From: Acidimicrobiia bacterium
GTDB taxonomy: Bacteria > Actinomycetota > Acidimicrobiia > Acidimicrobiales > Aldehydirespiratoraceae
NCBI GenBank assembly: GCA_022819505.1
Contig: JAJEHD010000018.1
Location: 560,587-624,586, forward strand
DNA length: 64,000 bases
Direction: 5' to 3'
The notes under the pieces are model-generated. The model did not search any database. It was not told where the DNA came from and saw only the letters and a program-made list of their open reading frames with translations. Made by a program: the position numbers and the translations under genes. Shown here piece after piece: positions 52,034 to 61,883 of the stretch (positions are counted from its first letter, which is position 1; each line of letters begins with the position of its first letter).

Positions 52034-53893
52034 ATGGCTGCTCGACGGATCGACAGGTCTTGGAGATGGTGGCCCGCGGCCGCGCTCGCCTTCTCCCTGA
52101 TCGCGAGTGCGTGCGGAGGCGGCGGCGACGAGCCGTCCTCACCGGCTGCCGAGCCCTCCGCGCCGGCCGAGGAGACCGTTCCCGCTGAGCCGGCCGACGC
52201 CGGCGGGACGGGCGCGACCTCCGAAGCCGGGTCCGATCCCGGCGAGGAGCAAGAAGAGCAGGAACTGCTGGTAGCGCCGATCGACACCACCACGACCACG
52301 GCGCCGCCGCCTGCCGACGACGACGGCGCCGTGGCCGTTGTGGAGGAGCCGGCCGAGCCGGAGCCCAAGTCCGGCGGCACGCTGAGAGTCGCGATCTCGG
52401 CCGAGGGCGACGGCCTCAACCCGGCGGCCAACGCAATGACGGGGGCCGTGAACAACATCGCCTACGCGATCTTCGACCCTCTGACCTACTTCGACACCCA
52501 AGGCGACTGGGTGCCGGTCCTGGCCGAGTCGTGGACCAAGATCGGCGACGGCACGTCCTGGCAGATGAAGGTGCGCGAGGGAGTCCGGTTCCACGACGGG
52601 ACCGAACTCGACGCCGATGATGTGGTCGCGACGTTCCAGGCTCAGTTCGCCGACCCGGTGATCTCGGTCGTGTACAGGCCCGGCTTCGACCCCGACGCGC
52701 CCATCGTCAAGATCGACGACTACACGGTCCAGTTCAAGGGGGTCCGACCGTCGGCCAGGCTGCCGATCGCGTTCACGAGCCAACTCGGGATGATCCTGCC
52801 GTCGGAGTGGCTCGACCAGGCCGCGGCCGACTCGACGCTCAACCAGATGCCGGTCGGCACCGGCCCGTTCATGGTCGAGAGCCGCATCCTGGGCGAGAGG
52901 ACGGTGCTGGTGCGCAACCCTGACTACTGGGCCGCGGACATTATCGACATCGGCCTTGACCGCATCGAGATATATCCCATCTCCGACCAGACGGTGGCTG
53001 CCCAGCGGTTGATCGCCGGTGACCTCGACCTGATCCTCGTCTCGAGCGCAGAGGCGATCCTGACCCTGCGCGACGCGGCGGACCAGGGGCTGACCATCAT
53101 CGAGAACCAGCGCTCGGAAGAGTCGACGATGATCATCAACGCGGCCAGCGCGACGTTCTCGGACATCAGGGCCCGACAGGCGCTGACGTTCGCGACCGAC
53201 CAGGATCTGTATGTGGAGCTTCTGGGGCAGGGCACGACGCTGGCGGCCGACACGATGTTCCATCCCGACATGATCTGGCGCAACCCGGACATCGAGCAGG
53301 AGACCAACATGCCGGAGAGGGCGGGACCGCTGGTCGCCGCCTACTGCGCCGACCTCCCCGAGAACTGCTCCGGCGGGAAGATCAACATGCGCTTCGGCCT
53401 GTCCGGCCCGTCGGTGGAGAGCGACCGCGCCGTCGATCTGCTGGTCGACATGTGGGGCGACTACTTCAACGTCGTGGACCCCTCGGTCAAGCCGCTCCAG
53501 GATCTGCTCATCGACGTAGTGCTGGGCAACTACGACGTGGCCCAGGCCTTCGCGTTCGGGGGGGTCGACCCCGACAACGACGCGCTCTTCATGGAGTGTG
53601 GGGCGATCGGCTTCATCTCGCTGAACTTCGCCCGTCACTGCGATCAGGAGCGCGACGAGTTGATATACGAGCAGCGCAGGGTCGACGACCTCGACCGGCG
53701 GGTGCAGATCTGGCACCGCATCCAGGAGATCAACCGGGACGCCTACATCTTCATCTTCGTGAACCACGCCAACTGGACCATTGGTGCCCGCGACAATGTG
53801 GAGAACATCTGCGGGCAGATCGGGCCCACCGGCGACCCGATCCTCTGCAACAACCAGGGCCAGACCTGGTTGAGCCAGCTGTGGCTCAGCTAA
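52034..53893 (+). CDS. ABC substrate-binding lipoprotein, family 5, paralog 2
   Basis: Lipobox LIASAC, tether, ..GGTLRVAISAEGDGLNP... Collinear with paralog 1. Confidence 0.85.
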   Translation: MAARRIDRSWRWWPAAALAFSLIASACGGGGDEPSSPAAEPSAPAEETVPAEPADAGGTGATSEAGSDPGEEQEEQELLVAPIDTTTTTAPPPADDDGAVAVVEEPAEPEPKSGGTLRVAISAEGDGLNPAANAMTGAVNNIAYAIFDPLTYFDTQGDWVPVLAESWTKIGDGTSWQMKVREGVRFHDGTELDADDVVATFQAQFADPVISVVYRPGFDPDAPIVKIDDYTVQFKGVRPSARLPIAFTSQLGMILPSEWLDQAAADSTLNQMPVGTGPFMVESRILGERTVLVRNPDYWAADIIDIGLDRIEIYPISDQTVAAQRLIAGDLDLILVSSAEAILTLRDAADQGLTIIENQRSEESTMIINAASATFSDIRARQALTFATDQDLYVELLGQGTTLAADTMFHPDMIWRNPDIEQETNMPERAGPLVAAYCADLPENCSGGKINMRFGLSGPSVESDRAVDLLVDMWGDYFNVVDPSVKPLQDLLIDVVLGNYDVAQAFAFGGVDPDNDALFMECGAIGFISLNFARHCDQERDELIYEQRRVDDLDRRVQIWHRIQEINRDAYIFIFVNHANWTIGARDNVENICGQIGPTGDPILCNNQGQTWLSQLWLS

Positions 53894-53900
53894 GGGACCA

Positions 53901-55763
53901 CTGACTGGCGGGCTCGGGCTCCGGTGGCCGGCGGCGCTGCTGGCCTGTGCGGCTGTCCTGGCCGCGTGCGGGGGAGGCGGCGACGAGTCGGTGAGCACCG
54001 CCGGGACCGCCGAGCCGTCCGCCCAGCCGGAGCCGGCGGCCTCGCCCGAACGCTCCGACTCCGACGTCTCGGCCGCTGACGGCGACCGCGCCGAAGGGGC
54101 GGACACCGGTGCGGTGTCGCCTGATGTGGCCGGGGAGGGGTCTCAGGAGGACGAGGGCTCCCTGGTCGCACCGCTACGCGCCACCACGACCATCGCCGTT
54201 CAGGGCTCCGGCACCGGTGTCGAGGCGCCCGCGGGCCCGCTGCCGCTCACCGGCGGGACCCTGAGGGTCGCCGTCGATGGCGAGGCCGACGGCTTGAATC
54301 CTGCGGCCAACAACTTCGCGGTGTCGGCCTATGTGATGGCCTACCCGATGTTCGATCCGCTGGCCTACTTCGATGCGGAGGGCAACTGGATCCCGTACCT
54401 GGCCGAGTCGTTCATCAGCAACGATGACGGCACGGTGTGGCGGATGAGACTGCGCGAGGGAGTCCGCTTCCACGACGGCACCGAAATGACCGCTGACGAT
54501 GTCGTCGCCACCATCAGCGCCCAGCTCGCGGACCCCGTCATCTCGCTCGTGTACCGCAACACGATCGAGGCCGGTGACTTCATCACCAAGATCGACGACC
54601 TGACCGTCGAGATGAGGGTGGCCAGGCCGTCGGCCCGGTTCCCGCTGGCGTTGACGGGCCAGCTGGGGATGGTCCTGCCGTCGGAGTGGCTGGAGCTGGC
54701 CCGCGAGGATCCGACCCTGAACCAGAAGCCGGTGGGGCAGGGGCCGTTCATGATCTCCAGCCGGGTCCAGGACGTGGCCACCACGCTGGTGCGCAACCCC
54801 GACTACTGGGCCGCCGATCGGGTGCCGGTCTACCTCGACCGGATCGAGGTCTACACGATCACCGACATGGTCATCGCCGCGGAGCGCTTGAGTGTCGGAG
54901 ACCTCGACCTGGCCATCACGACCAATGCCGAGGCGACGCTCATCATGCGCGAGAGCGCCGGGGTCAGGACCATCGAGAATCTGCGGTCCGATGAGGGCTT
55001 CGCCGTGATCAACTCGGGGCGGCCTCCCTTCGACGATATCCGGGCCCGCCAGGCCCTGACCTTCGCCGCCGACCGGGACGGGTACCTGGAGCTGATCCGC
55101 CAGGGCACCTCGCCGCCGGCCGACACGATGTTCCATCCGGACCTGATCTGGCACAACCCGGACGTCAAGCAGGAGACCAACATGCCGGAGCGGGCCGCAC
55201 CGCTGGTCGACGCCTACTGCGCCGACCATCCCGAGAACTGCTCCGCCGGAAGGATCAACATGGAGTTGCACTTCGGCGGGCCCTCGGTGGAGAACGTGCG
55301 CATCGCCGACCTGCAGATCGACGCCTGGGAGGAGTTCTTCAACGTCACGCCGGTCGAGATTCTGCAGGACAAGCTGATCAACGAGGTGGTGCTGGGCAAC
55401 TACGGCGTGGTCAACTGGCGGCAGTTCGGCACCATCGACCCCGACAGCGCCGCGCTGTGGCTGGAGTGCGACTCCATCGGGTTCATCTCGCTCAACTTCG
55501 CCCGCTACTGCGACCGGGAACGGGACGCACTCATGCTCGAATCCCGGGCCATCGACGACCTCGATCGCCGGGTGGAGATCTGGCGCCGGATCCAGGAGAT
55601 GATCCGCGACAGTTACACCTACATCTTCTACTACCACACGAACTGGGCGGTCGGTGCCCATGACGGTGTCCACAGAATCTGCGGTCAGGCGTCTCCCGAT
55701 GGGACCGAACTCTGGTGCAACAACTCGGGGCGGGTGCTGCTGAACGGCGTCTGGCTGGGCTAG
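53901..55763 (+). CDS. ABC substrate-binding lipoprotein, family 5, paralog 3 (non-canonical start; conservative GTG start at 53991)
   Basis: The frame is open from 53874 and encodes ..LRWPAALLACAAVLAACGGGGDES.. (signal plus lipobox) upstream of the track start. There is no ATG, GTG or TTG in that stretch. CTG at 53901 is preceded by AAGGGA. Confidence 0.7.
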   Translation: MTGGLGLRWPAALLACAAVLAACGGGGDESVSTAGTAEPSAQPEPAASPERSDSDVSAADGDRAEGADTGAVSPDVAGEGSQEDEGSLVAPLRATTTIAVQGSGTGVEAPAGPLPLTGGTLRVAVDGEADGLNPAANNFAVSAYVMAYPMFDPLAYFDAEGNWIPYLAESFISNDDGTVWRMRLREGVRFHDGTEMTADDVVATISAQLADPVISLVYRNTIEAGDFITKIDDLTVEMRVARPSARFPLALTGQLGMVLPSEWLELAREDPTLNQKPVGQGPFMISSRVQDVATTLVRNPDYWAADRVPVYLDRIEVYTITDMVIAAERLSVGDLDLAITTNAEATLIMRESAGVRTIENLRSDEGFAVINSGRPPFDDIRARQALTFAADRDGYLELIRQGTSPPADTMFHPDLIWHNPDVKQETNMPERAAPLVDAYCADHPENCSAGRINMELHFGGPSVENVRIADLQIDAWEEFFNVTPVEILQDKLINEVVLGNYGVVNWRQFGTIDPDSAALWLECDSIGFISLNFARYCDRERDALMLESRAIDDLDRRVEIWRRIQEMIRDSYTYIFYYHTNWAVGAHDGVHRICGQASPDGTELWCNNSGRVLLNGVWLG

Positions 55764-55913
55764 CCGCCTGGCCCCGCGGCGGGGCGATGGCGGCTACGGG
55801 CGTGGCGGGCACTGCAGTAGGCGCAGTAGTAATCTCGGTGGCGAGTGACTGCCGTACTTGAATCAGGTAGCGCCTCGATGATCATGTCGCGGCGACCGGG
55901 GCGGTAGCGGCTC

Positions 55914-56912
55914 GTGGCACGGTTCTTCATCCGGCGGCTGGTTCTGCTGGTGGCCGTGCTGTTCGCAGTCACGTTCCTCGGCTTCTCGGCGATGAACTTC
56001 CTCGGCGATCCGCTGTTCAACGTGGTCGGCCTGATGGCCGAACTCGACTGCGAGGCCATAGAGGCCGGATCGGCCGAGGACCCCTCGCTGGACCGGGCCC
56101 GCAGCGACTGCGAGACCGTGGCCGAGGCCAGGGCCACCTACCACCTCGACCGGCCGGTGCCCGTCCGCTACCTGCTGTGGGTGGGAGACATGTTCACCGG
56201 GGACTTCGGCACCTCGTTCCAGAACGACCAGCCGGTGGCGGAGATCATCCGCGAGAAGCTGCCCGAGACGCTGATCCTGCTGATCATGGCCCAGATCGTG
56301 TCGCTCGGCGTGGCCATCCCCTGGGGTGTGGTCGCGGCCTACCGGGCGAACCGGGCCTTCGACCGCGGCTCCACGGTGGCCTCCTTCGGGCTGCTGTCGA
56401 TACCCAACTTCGCGCTCGGCGTGGTGCTGCTGTACCTGCTCTCCCTGCGCTGGCAGATCTTCCCCTCGGCCTACGAGAGCGACAGCGTCGTCGGGCTGGT
56501 GTTCTCCATGGTGCTTCCGGCGGCCACCCTCGGCCTGCCCCTGGCGGCCAGCTACCAGCGGCTGCTGCGCACCGACCTGATCACCACCCTCCAGGAGGAC
56601 TTCGTTCACATGGCCCGGGCCAAGGGCCTGCCGCCCATGAGGATCATGTTCCGCCACGCCCTGCGGCCCTCGCTGTTCTCGGTCGTCACCGTCTTCGGGG
56701 TCAGCACCGGGGCCATGATCGGCGGGTCGCTGGTGGTGGAGCAGATCTTCGGCATCCCCGGGATCGGCCGGGAGATCGTGACCGCGGTGGTCCGCGACGA
56801 CTTCCCGGTGGTGCTGGCCATCGTCATGCTGGTCGCCTGCACCTTCGTGATCATCAACTTCGTGGTGGACCTGTTCTACAGCTGGCTCGACCCGAGGGTG
56901 AGGGCCCGGTGA
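55914..56912 (+). CDS. ABC transporter permease (DppB/OppB type)
   Basis: MARFFIRRLVLLVAVLF... N-terminus typical of DppB-like permeases. GTG start. Confidence 0.9.
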   Translation: MARFFIRRLVLLVAVLFAVTFLGFSAMNFLGDPLFNVVGLMAELDCEAIEAGSAEDPSLDRARSDCETVAEARATYHLDRPVPVRYLLWVGDMFTGDFGTSFQNDQPVAEIIREKLPETLILLIMAQIVSLGVAIPWGVVAAYRANRAFDRGSTVASFGLLSIPNFALGVVLLYLLSLRWQIFPSAYESDSVVGLVFSMVLPAATLGLPLAASYQRLLRTDLITTLQEDFVHMARAKGLPPMRIMFRHALRPSLFSVVTVFGVSTGAMIGGSLVVEQIFGIPGIGREIVTAVVRDDFPVVLAIVMLVACTFVIINFVVDLFYSWLDPRVRAR

Positions 56913-57868
56913 GCGGTGACGGTCGGCCGTCCCGCAAGGGCAGGGCCTCCCGGCAGCGGCTGCTGCGGCGGTTCCGGGTCTTCCGGCTCGTGCGGTCCAG
57001 CAAGGGGCCCGAGCCCGACGGCCCGGGTGAGAACGAGGCCGTGCGCCGCCGACTGGGGGTCGGCTTCTGGCTGGCGGTGGTCTGGCTGGTTGTCATGGCG
57101 TTCATCGCCCTGTTCGCACCGATGCTGCCCTTCGCCGACCCCACCAAGGTGGGGTACTCCGGGCCCCGGGAGCCGCCGTCGGCGGGCGCCTGGTTCGGAA
57201 CCGACGCCCTGGGCCGGGACGTGTTCTCACGCACCATGCACGGCGCCCGCATCAGCCTCGCGGTCGGCGGCTTCGCCATCGTGTTCGGCATGGTGGTCGG
57301 GGGCGCGCTGGGGATCCTGGCCGGGTACTTCCGGGGCCGGCTCGACCAGGCCGTGGGCTTCACCTTCTTCGTGCTGTTGTCGTTCCCGGCGCTGGTGCTG
57401 GCCATCCTCATCACCGCCACCCTCGAGCGCAGCCTGCTGGTGGTGAGCCTCACCATCGGCATCCTGGCCGTCGCGCCCGTCGGCCTGCTGGCCCGGGCCT
57501 CCACCCTGGTGTACGCCGAGCGCGAGTTCGTGGCCGCGGCCCGGGTGCTCGGAGCCCGCAACGGTCGCATCATCGTGCGCGAGCTCCTACCCAACGTGGT
57601 CATCCCCATGGGGGCGCTCACGCTGCTTGGGATGGCGGTGGCGGTGGTGGCCGAGGGCTCGCTCGCCTTCCTGGGCCTGTCGGTGGCCGGGGACGAGGCC
57701 ATCTCGTGGGGCAAGATGATCGTCGACGGGGCCGGCCTGCGCGACCTCCAGAACGCCACCCATGTGGCCATGTTCCCCGTGGCGGTGATGTTCGTCACCG
57801 TGCTGGCCCTGAACTTCGCCGGGGACCGCATTCGCCAGTACTTCGACGTCAAGGAGCTGGCCTTCTGA
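56909..57868 (+). CDS. ABC transporter permease (DppC/OppC type)
   Basis: GTGA overlap with the previous gene. ..WFGTDALGRDVFSRTMHGARISL.. is the DppC signature region. Trimmed from track ORF 56177-57868. Confidence 0.9.
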   Translation: MSGDGRPSRKGRASRQRLLRRFRVFRLVRSSKGPEPDGPGENEAVRRRLGVGFWLAVVWLVVMAFIALFAPMLPFADPTKVGYSGPREPPSAGAWFGTDALGRDVFSRTMHGARISLAVGGFAIVFGMVVGGALGILAGYFRGRLDQAVGFTFFVLLSFPALVLAILITATLERSLLVVSLTIGILAVAPVGLLARASTLVYAEREFVAAARVLGARNGRIIVRELLPNVVIPMGALTLLGMAVAVVAEGSLAFLGLSVAGDEAISWGKMIVDGAGLRDLQNATHVAMFPVAVMFVTVLALNFAGDRIRQYFDVKELAF

Positions 57869-58953
57869 TGGCTCCGGACCAGACGACCGCTGCACCCGTC
57901 CCTCTGCTGTCGGTGCGCGACCTGCACGTGCGGTTCCCCACCGAGCGGGGCACCGTCAACGCGGTCAACGGCGTGAGCTTCGACCTGTACGAGGGCAAGA
58001 CCCTGGCCATCGTGGGCGAGTCGGGCTCGGGCAAGTCGGTCACGGCCAAGACGCTCATGAACCTGCTGCCCCGTTCCGCGCTGGTGAGCGGCGACGTGAC
58101 CTACGCCGGCCAGGACGTGCGGGCCCTGGCAGCGGCCGGCACCAAGCACTTCTTCGGTGTGCAGATGACGATGGTGTTCCAGGATCCGATGACCTCGCTA
58201 AATCCGGTAAAGAGGGTGGGGGAGCAGATCGCTGAGACCCTCCGCTACCACCTCGGCCGCTCCCGCAGCGCGGCCCTGGAGGAGGCCGAGGACCTGCTGG
58301 ACGCGGTGGGCATGCCCGAGCCGGCCCGGAGGGTGATGCAGTACCCCCATGAGCTGTCGGGGGGCCTGCGCCAGCGGGTGGTGATCGCCATGGCGCTGGC
58401 CTGCCAGCCCCGGCTGCTCATCGCCGACGAGCCCACCACCGCAGTGGACGTGACCGTCCAGAAGCACCTGCTGGACCTGCTCGATGAGCTGCGCCGCGAC
58501 CGGGGCATGGCGATGATCCTCATCACCCACGACCTCGGCGTGGCCCACGGCCGGGCCGACGATGTGGCCGTCATGTACGCGGGCCGCATCGTGGAGACGG
58601 CCGACGCCCGCACGCTCTTCGTCGACATGCGCCATCCCTACACCGAGGCCCTGCTGCGCTCCATCCCCCGCATCGACGATCCCGTCCACCACCGGCTCGA
58701 CCCGATCCCGGGCCGCCCGCCCGAGCTGATCAGCCCGCCCGACGCATGCGCATTCGCTCCCCGCTGCCTCTACGCCCAGGCCGACTGCCTCGACGGCGTT
58801 CCCGAGCTGAGCGGTCTGGTCGGCCTGCATCGCTTCGCCTGCCTGCACCCGACCGGCACCGAGCGGGGCGTGGCCGCGGCCACGGCCAACCGGGCCGCGG
58901 GGGTGACCGTGGCGGGTCTGCCCCTCACCGGGGATCCGGGAGGGGCCGGCTGA
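57868..58953 (+). CDS. ABC transporter ATP-binding protein (DppD/OppD type)
   Basis: GESGSGKS Walker A, LSGGLRQRVVIAMA signature, LLIADEPTTAVD Walker B, C-terminal oligopeptide-type extension. Trimmed from track ORF 57706-58953. Confidence 0.9.
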   Translation: MAPDQTTAAPVPLLSVRDLHVRFPTERGTVNAVNGVSFDLYEGKTLAIVGESGSGKSVTAKTLMNLLPRSALVSGDVTYAGQDVRALAAAGTKHFFGVQMTMVFQDPMTSLNPVKRVGEQIAETLRYHLGRSRSAALEEAEDLLDAVGMPEPARRVMQYPHELSGGLRQRVVIAMALACQPRLLIADEPTTAVDVTVQKHLLDLLDELRRDRGMAMILITHDLGVAHGRADDVAVMYAGRIVETADARTLFVDMRHPYTEALLRSIPRIDDPVHHRLDPIPGRPPELISPPDACAFAPRCLYAQADCLDGVPELSGLVGLHRFACLHPTGTERGVAAATANRAAGVTVAGLPLTGDPGGAG

Positions 58954-59963
58954 TGGCCGGGACGGGCCACACCCAACTGCGCGGCGACGACGTGCTGCTG
59001 CGGGTCCGGGACCTGGTGGTGCAGTTCCCGGCCGGGCGCAAGCGTGTCGTTCATGCCGTCTCGGAGGTGACCTTCGACGTCGCCGAGGGCGAGACCCTAG
59101 GAATCGTGGGCGAGTCGGGGTGCGGCAAGTCGACGGTGGCCCGGGCCATCATCCGCTTGGTGGATATCACCGCCGGGGAGGTGCGGTTCCAGGGCCAGGA
59201 CCTCGCCGGCCTCGAGGGAGAAGACCTGCGCCGGGTGCGGCCCAGCCTGCAGATGATCTTCCAGGATCCCATCTCGTCCCTCAATCCCCGGCGCCGGGTG
59301 CGCGACGTGATCGGCGAGGGCCTGGCGGTGTGGGGCGACGAAATCGGATCCTGGAGCCTCGACCGGATCGACGAGCTCATGGAGGCCGTAGGGGTGGAGG
59401 CCCGGTACGGCGACCGTCGCCCCCACGAGTTCTCCGGCGGCCAGTGCCAGCGCATCGGCATCGCCCGGGCCCTGGCCCTCGACCCCAAGGTGCTCATCTG
59501 TGACGAGCCGGTGTCGGCGCTCGACGTGTCCATCCAGGCCCAGATCCTGAACCTGATCCAGGACATGAAGCGGCGGTACGGCCTGACCGTGCTCTTCATC
59601 TCCCACGACTTGTCGGTGGTGAAGAACGTCAGCGACCGGATCGTGGTCATGTACCTGGGCAAGGTGTGCGAGATCGGCAGCACGGAGGAGCTCTACTCCC
59701 GTCCGGCCCATCCGTACACCCGGGCCCTGCTGGCGTCCATTCCCGAGCCCGCCCCCACCGTGGACGTGAGCGAGGGCGATATCGGCGACGAGCTGCCGTC
59801 GGCCACCGCGCCCCCGAGCGGCTGCCGGTTCCACACCCGCTGCCCGCGGGCGACCGACGTGTGCCGGGACGTCGAGCCGGTTACCGAGCAGATCGGCGAC
59901 GCCGACCACTTCGTCGCCTGCCACCACCCGGTGGCCGCGGAGGTGGCCGTCAGGGCTCCCTGA
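58953..59963 (+). CDS. ABC transporter ATP-binding protein (DppF/OppF type)
   Basis: GESGCGKST, FSGGQCQRIGIARA, VLICDEPVSALD. ATGA overlap with the previous gene. Confidence 0.9.
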   Translation: MAGTGHTQLRGDDVLLRVRDLVVQFPAGRKRVVHAVSEVTFDVAEGETLGIVGESGCGKSTVARAIIRLVDITAGEVRFQGQDLAGLEGEDLRRVRPSLQMIFQDPISSLNPRRRVRDVIGEGLAVWGDEIGSWSLDRIDELMEAVGVEARYGDRRPHEFSGGQCQRIGIARALALDPKVLICDEPVSALDVSIQAQILNLIQDMKRRYGLTVLFISHDLSVVKNVSDRIVVMYLGKVCEIGSTEELYSRPAHPYTRALLASIPEPAPTVDVSEGDIGDELPSATAPPSGCRFHTRCPRATDVCRDVEPVTEQIGDADHFVACHHPVAAEVAVRAP

Positions 59964-59989
59964 TCGGGCGGCCCGTCAGGTCTCAGCAG

Positions 59990-60039
59990 AATCTCGGGTT
60001 GGTTCTGTGCGCTGTATGCACAAAAGTCACACCGAGATT
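59990..60039. terminator. AT-rich nested inverted repeat between convergent operons (candidate bidirectional terminator)
   Basis: Outer stem AATCTCGG...CCGAGATT and inner stem TGTGC-gctgtat-GCACA. No clear U tract. Confidence 0.35.
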
Positions 60040-60050
60040 TGCGGATGGGC

Positions 60051-61883
60051 TCAGGTGGCGCACTCCGAGGCGCCGGTCTCCACCGTGTAGGGGCCGGTCT
60101 CGTCGAAGTCGACGTAGAAGGACGGGTCGTCGTCGAAGGTGGGGAACTGGTCGAGATCCTTGAGGGCCTCGGCCACGGCCCGGGCCCCGCCGGCCCGCTG
60201 CATCCAGTCCCGGAACTTCTCGCCGGCCTGCCGCTCCTCGGTGAAACGCCGGATCACCCGGGCGGTGGCCTCGGGGGCGTTGCGGGCTGGCAGGCGCAGG
60301 GCCTTCTCGCCGAAGTGCATCTGCTGGGAGCCGATGTAGCCGCCGAGCAGCATCTGGTAGCCGGGCGCGCTGCGGCCGTGGGCCCGCCGCTCCGCGCCGA
60401 AGAACCCGATGTCCGACGCGTGATGCTGGCCGCACGAGTTGGGGCATCCCGAGATGTTGATGCGGATGCCGCCCACCTCGGCCAGGCCTTCGGACTCCAG
60501 ACGCTCGCCGATGGCGTGGCCCAGCCCCCGGCTCTGGGTGACCGCCAGATTGCAGGTGTCCGATCCCGGGCAGGCAACCACGTCGCGGGACAACTCGGCG
60601 CCGGGCTGGGCCATGTCCATGCTGGAGAGGCGGTCGAAGACCAACGGCAGGTCCTCCACGTGGATGCCCCTGAACACCACGTTCTGGCGGTTGGTCAGAC
60701 GCACGTCCGCGCCTAGGTCCCGCTGCAGGGCGGCCAGGGCACGGAACTGGTCGCCGGTGATGTCGCCGAGATGGGCCTGGGCGTACACCGAGACGGTGCC
60801 GTCCCGCACACCCCGCACCACGTTGGCCCGTTCCCAACGCTCGTAGGGGCTGCCGGTGCCCAGCGTCACCGGGGTGCCGTGGCCGATGACGGTGACGTCG
60901 GCCGGGTCGTCGCCGGCACCGGCCGGGTCGTCGCCGCCGGCCAGCACCTCGGCGGGGATGCCGCCGGGCCAGGACGTGGAGGCCACCAGGAACTTGCGCT
61001 GGGTCAGCACCCGTCGCTGGACCTCTTCGAAGCCGAGGGTGTCGACCAGCCACTTCATGCGGGCCCGGAGCTTGTTGTCGCGGTTGCCGGCCTGGTCGAA
61101 CACCCGAAGGCAGGCCTCGATGGTGGGAAGCAGCTCCTCGCGGGGGGTGAAGTCCTCCAGGGCCAGAGCGGGATGGGGCGTCGTGCCGAGACCGCCAGCG
61201 ATGAACACCTTGAAGCCGCTCTCGACGTCGCCGGCGTCGGTCCGGCGGACCACGCCGATCACGCCGACGTCGTTGAACATCGCCTGCCCGCAATCGGACT
61301 CGCAGCCCGAGAAGTTGATCTTGAACTTGCGGGGTAGCCGCTGGCTGATCGGGTTGCGTACGAAGTGTCGGTAGGTGGCCTCGGCCCATGGCGTGATGTC
61401 CAGGATCTCGTGGGGGCAGGCGCCGGCCAGGTGGCAGCCCTGGACGTTGCGGACCGTGTCGCCGCAGGCTTCCCGGGTGGTGAGGCCCACCGACGCCAGA
61501 TGCTCGAGAACCTCGGGGATCTGATCGAGTTGCACGTAGTGGAACTGGATGTTCTGGCGGGTGGTGATGTGGCCCCAACCGCGGCTGTAGGCCTCGACCA
61601 GCCAGCCCAGCATCTCGAGCTGGTCGGGCTGGATGGACCCGTAGGGCACCTTGACCCGCACCATCTGGTTGGTGCCGCCCTGCCGCTGCCCGTAGATGCC
61701 GTTGGTGAGCCGGTACACCCGGAACACTTCGTCGCTCAGCTCGCCGCTCAGGAACCGGGCGTACTGCTGCCGGTACTTGTCGACGTCGGCCCGTATCTCG
61801 GGGTCGGCCGGGCCCCGGCCAGTCGGCGGCTCGGCCGGCTCGGCCGGCGTCGGAGTGTCGGTGCGTGGCTCCAGGAGGGTCAT
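60051..61883 (-). CDS. Ferredoxin-dependent sulfite/nitrite reductase (siroheme, [4Fe-4S])
   Basis: Duplicated NiR/SiR ferredoxin-like and hemoprotein domains. Cluster-binding Cys motifs CPGSDTCNLAV and SGCPNSCGQHH. Co-operonic with siroheme synthesis genes. Confidence 0.9.
   Translation of the reverse strand: MTLLEPRTDTPTPAEPAEPPTGRGPADPEIRADVDKYRQQYARFLSGELSDEVFRVYRLTNGIYGQRQGGTNQMVRVKVPYGSIQPDQLEMLGWLVEAYSRGWGHITTRQNIQFHYVQLDQIPEVLEHLASVGLTTREACGDTVRNVQGCHLAGACPHEILDITPWAEATYRHFVRNPISQRLPRKFKINFSGCESDCGQAMFNDVGVIGVVRRTDAGDVESGFKVFIAGGLGTTPHPALALEDFTPREELLPTIEACLRVFDQAGNRDNKLRARMKWLVDTLGFEEVQRRVLTQRKFLVASTSWPGGIPAEVLAGGDDPAGAGDDPADVTVIGHGTPVTLGTGSPYERWERANVVRGVRDGTVSVYAQAHLGDITGDQFRALAALQRDLGADVRLTNRQNVVFRGIHVEDLPLVFDRLSSMDMAQPGAELSRDVVACPGSDTCNLAVTQSRGLGHAIGERLESEGLAEVGGIRINISGCPNSCGQHHASDIGFFGAERRAHGRSAPGYQMLLGGYIGSQQMHFGEKALRLPARNAPEATARVIRRFTEERQAGEKFRDWMQRAGGARAVAEALKDLDQFPTFDDDPSFYVDFDETGPYTVETGASECAT

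Noticed and set aside
47983-55673. Chain of very long minus-strand ORFs (47983-49959, 49960-51894, 52139-54106, 54174-55673) opposite the SDR and solute-binding-protein genes
   Set aside because: All are antisense to well-supported genes. Their translations are dominated by Arg, Gly, His, Pro, Asp and Val and have no motifs. The apparent paralogy among them simply mirrors the real paralogs on the plus strand.
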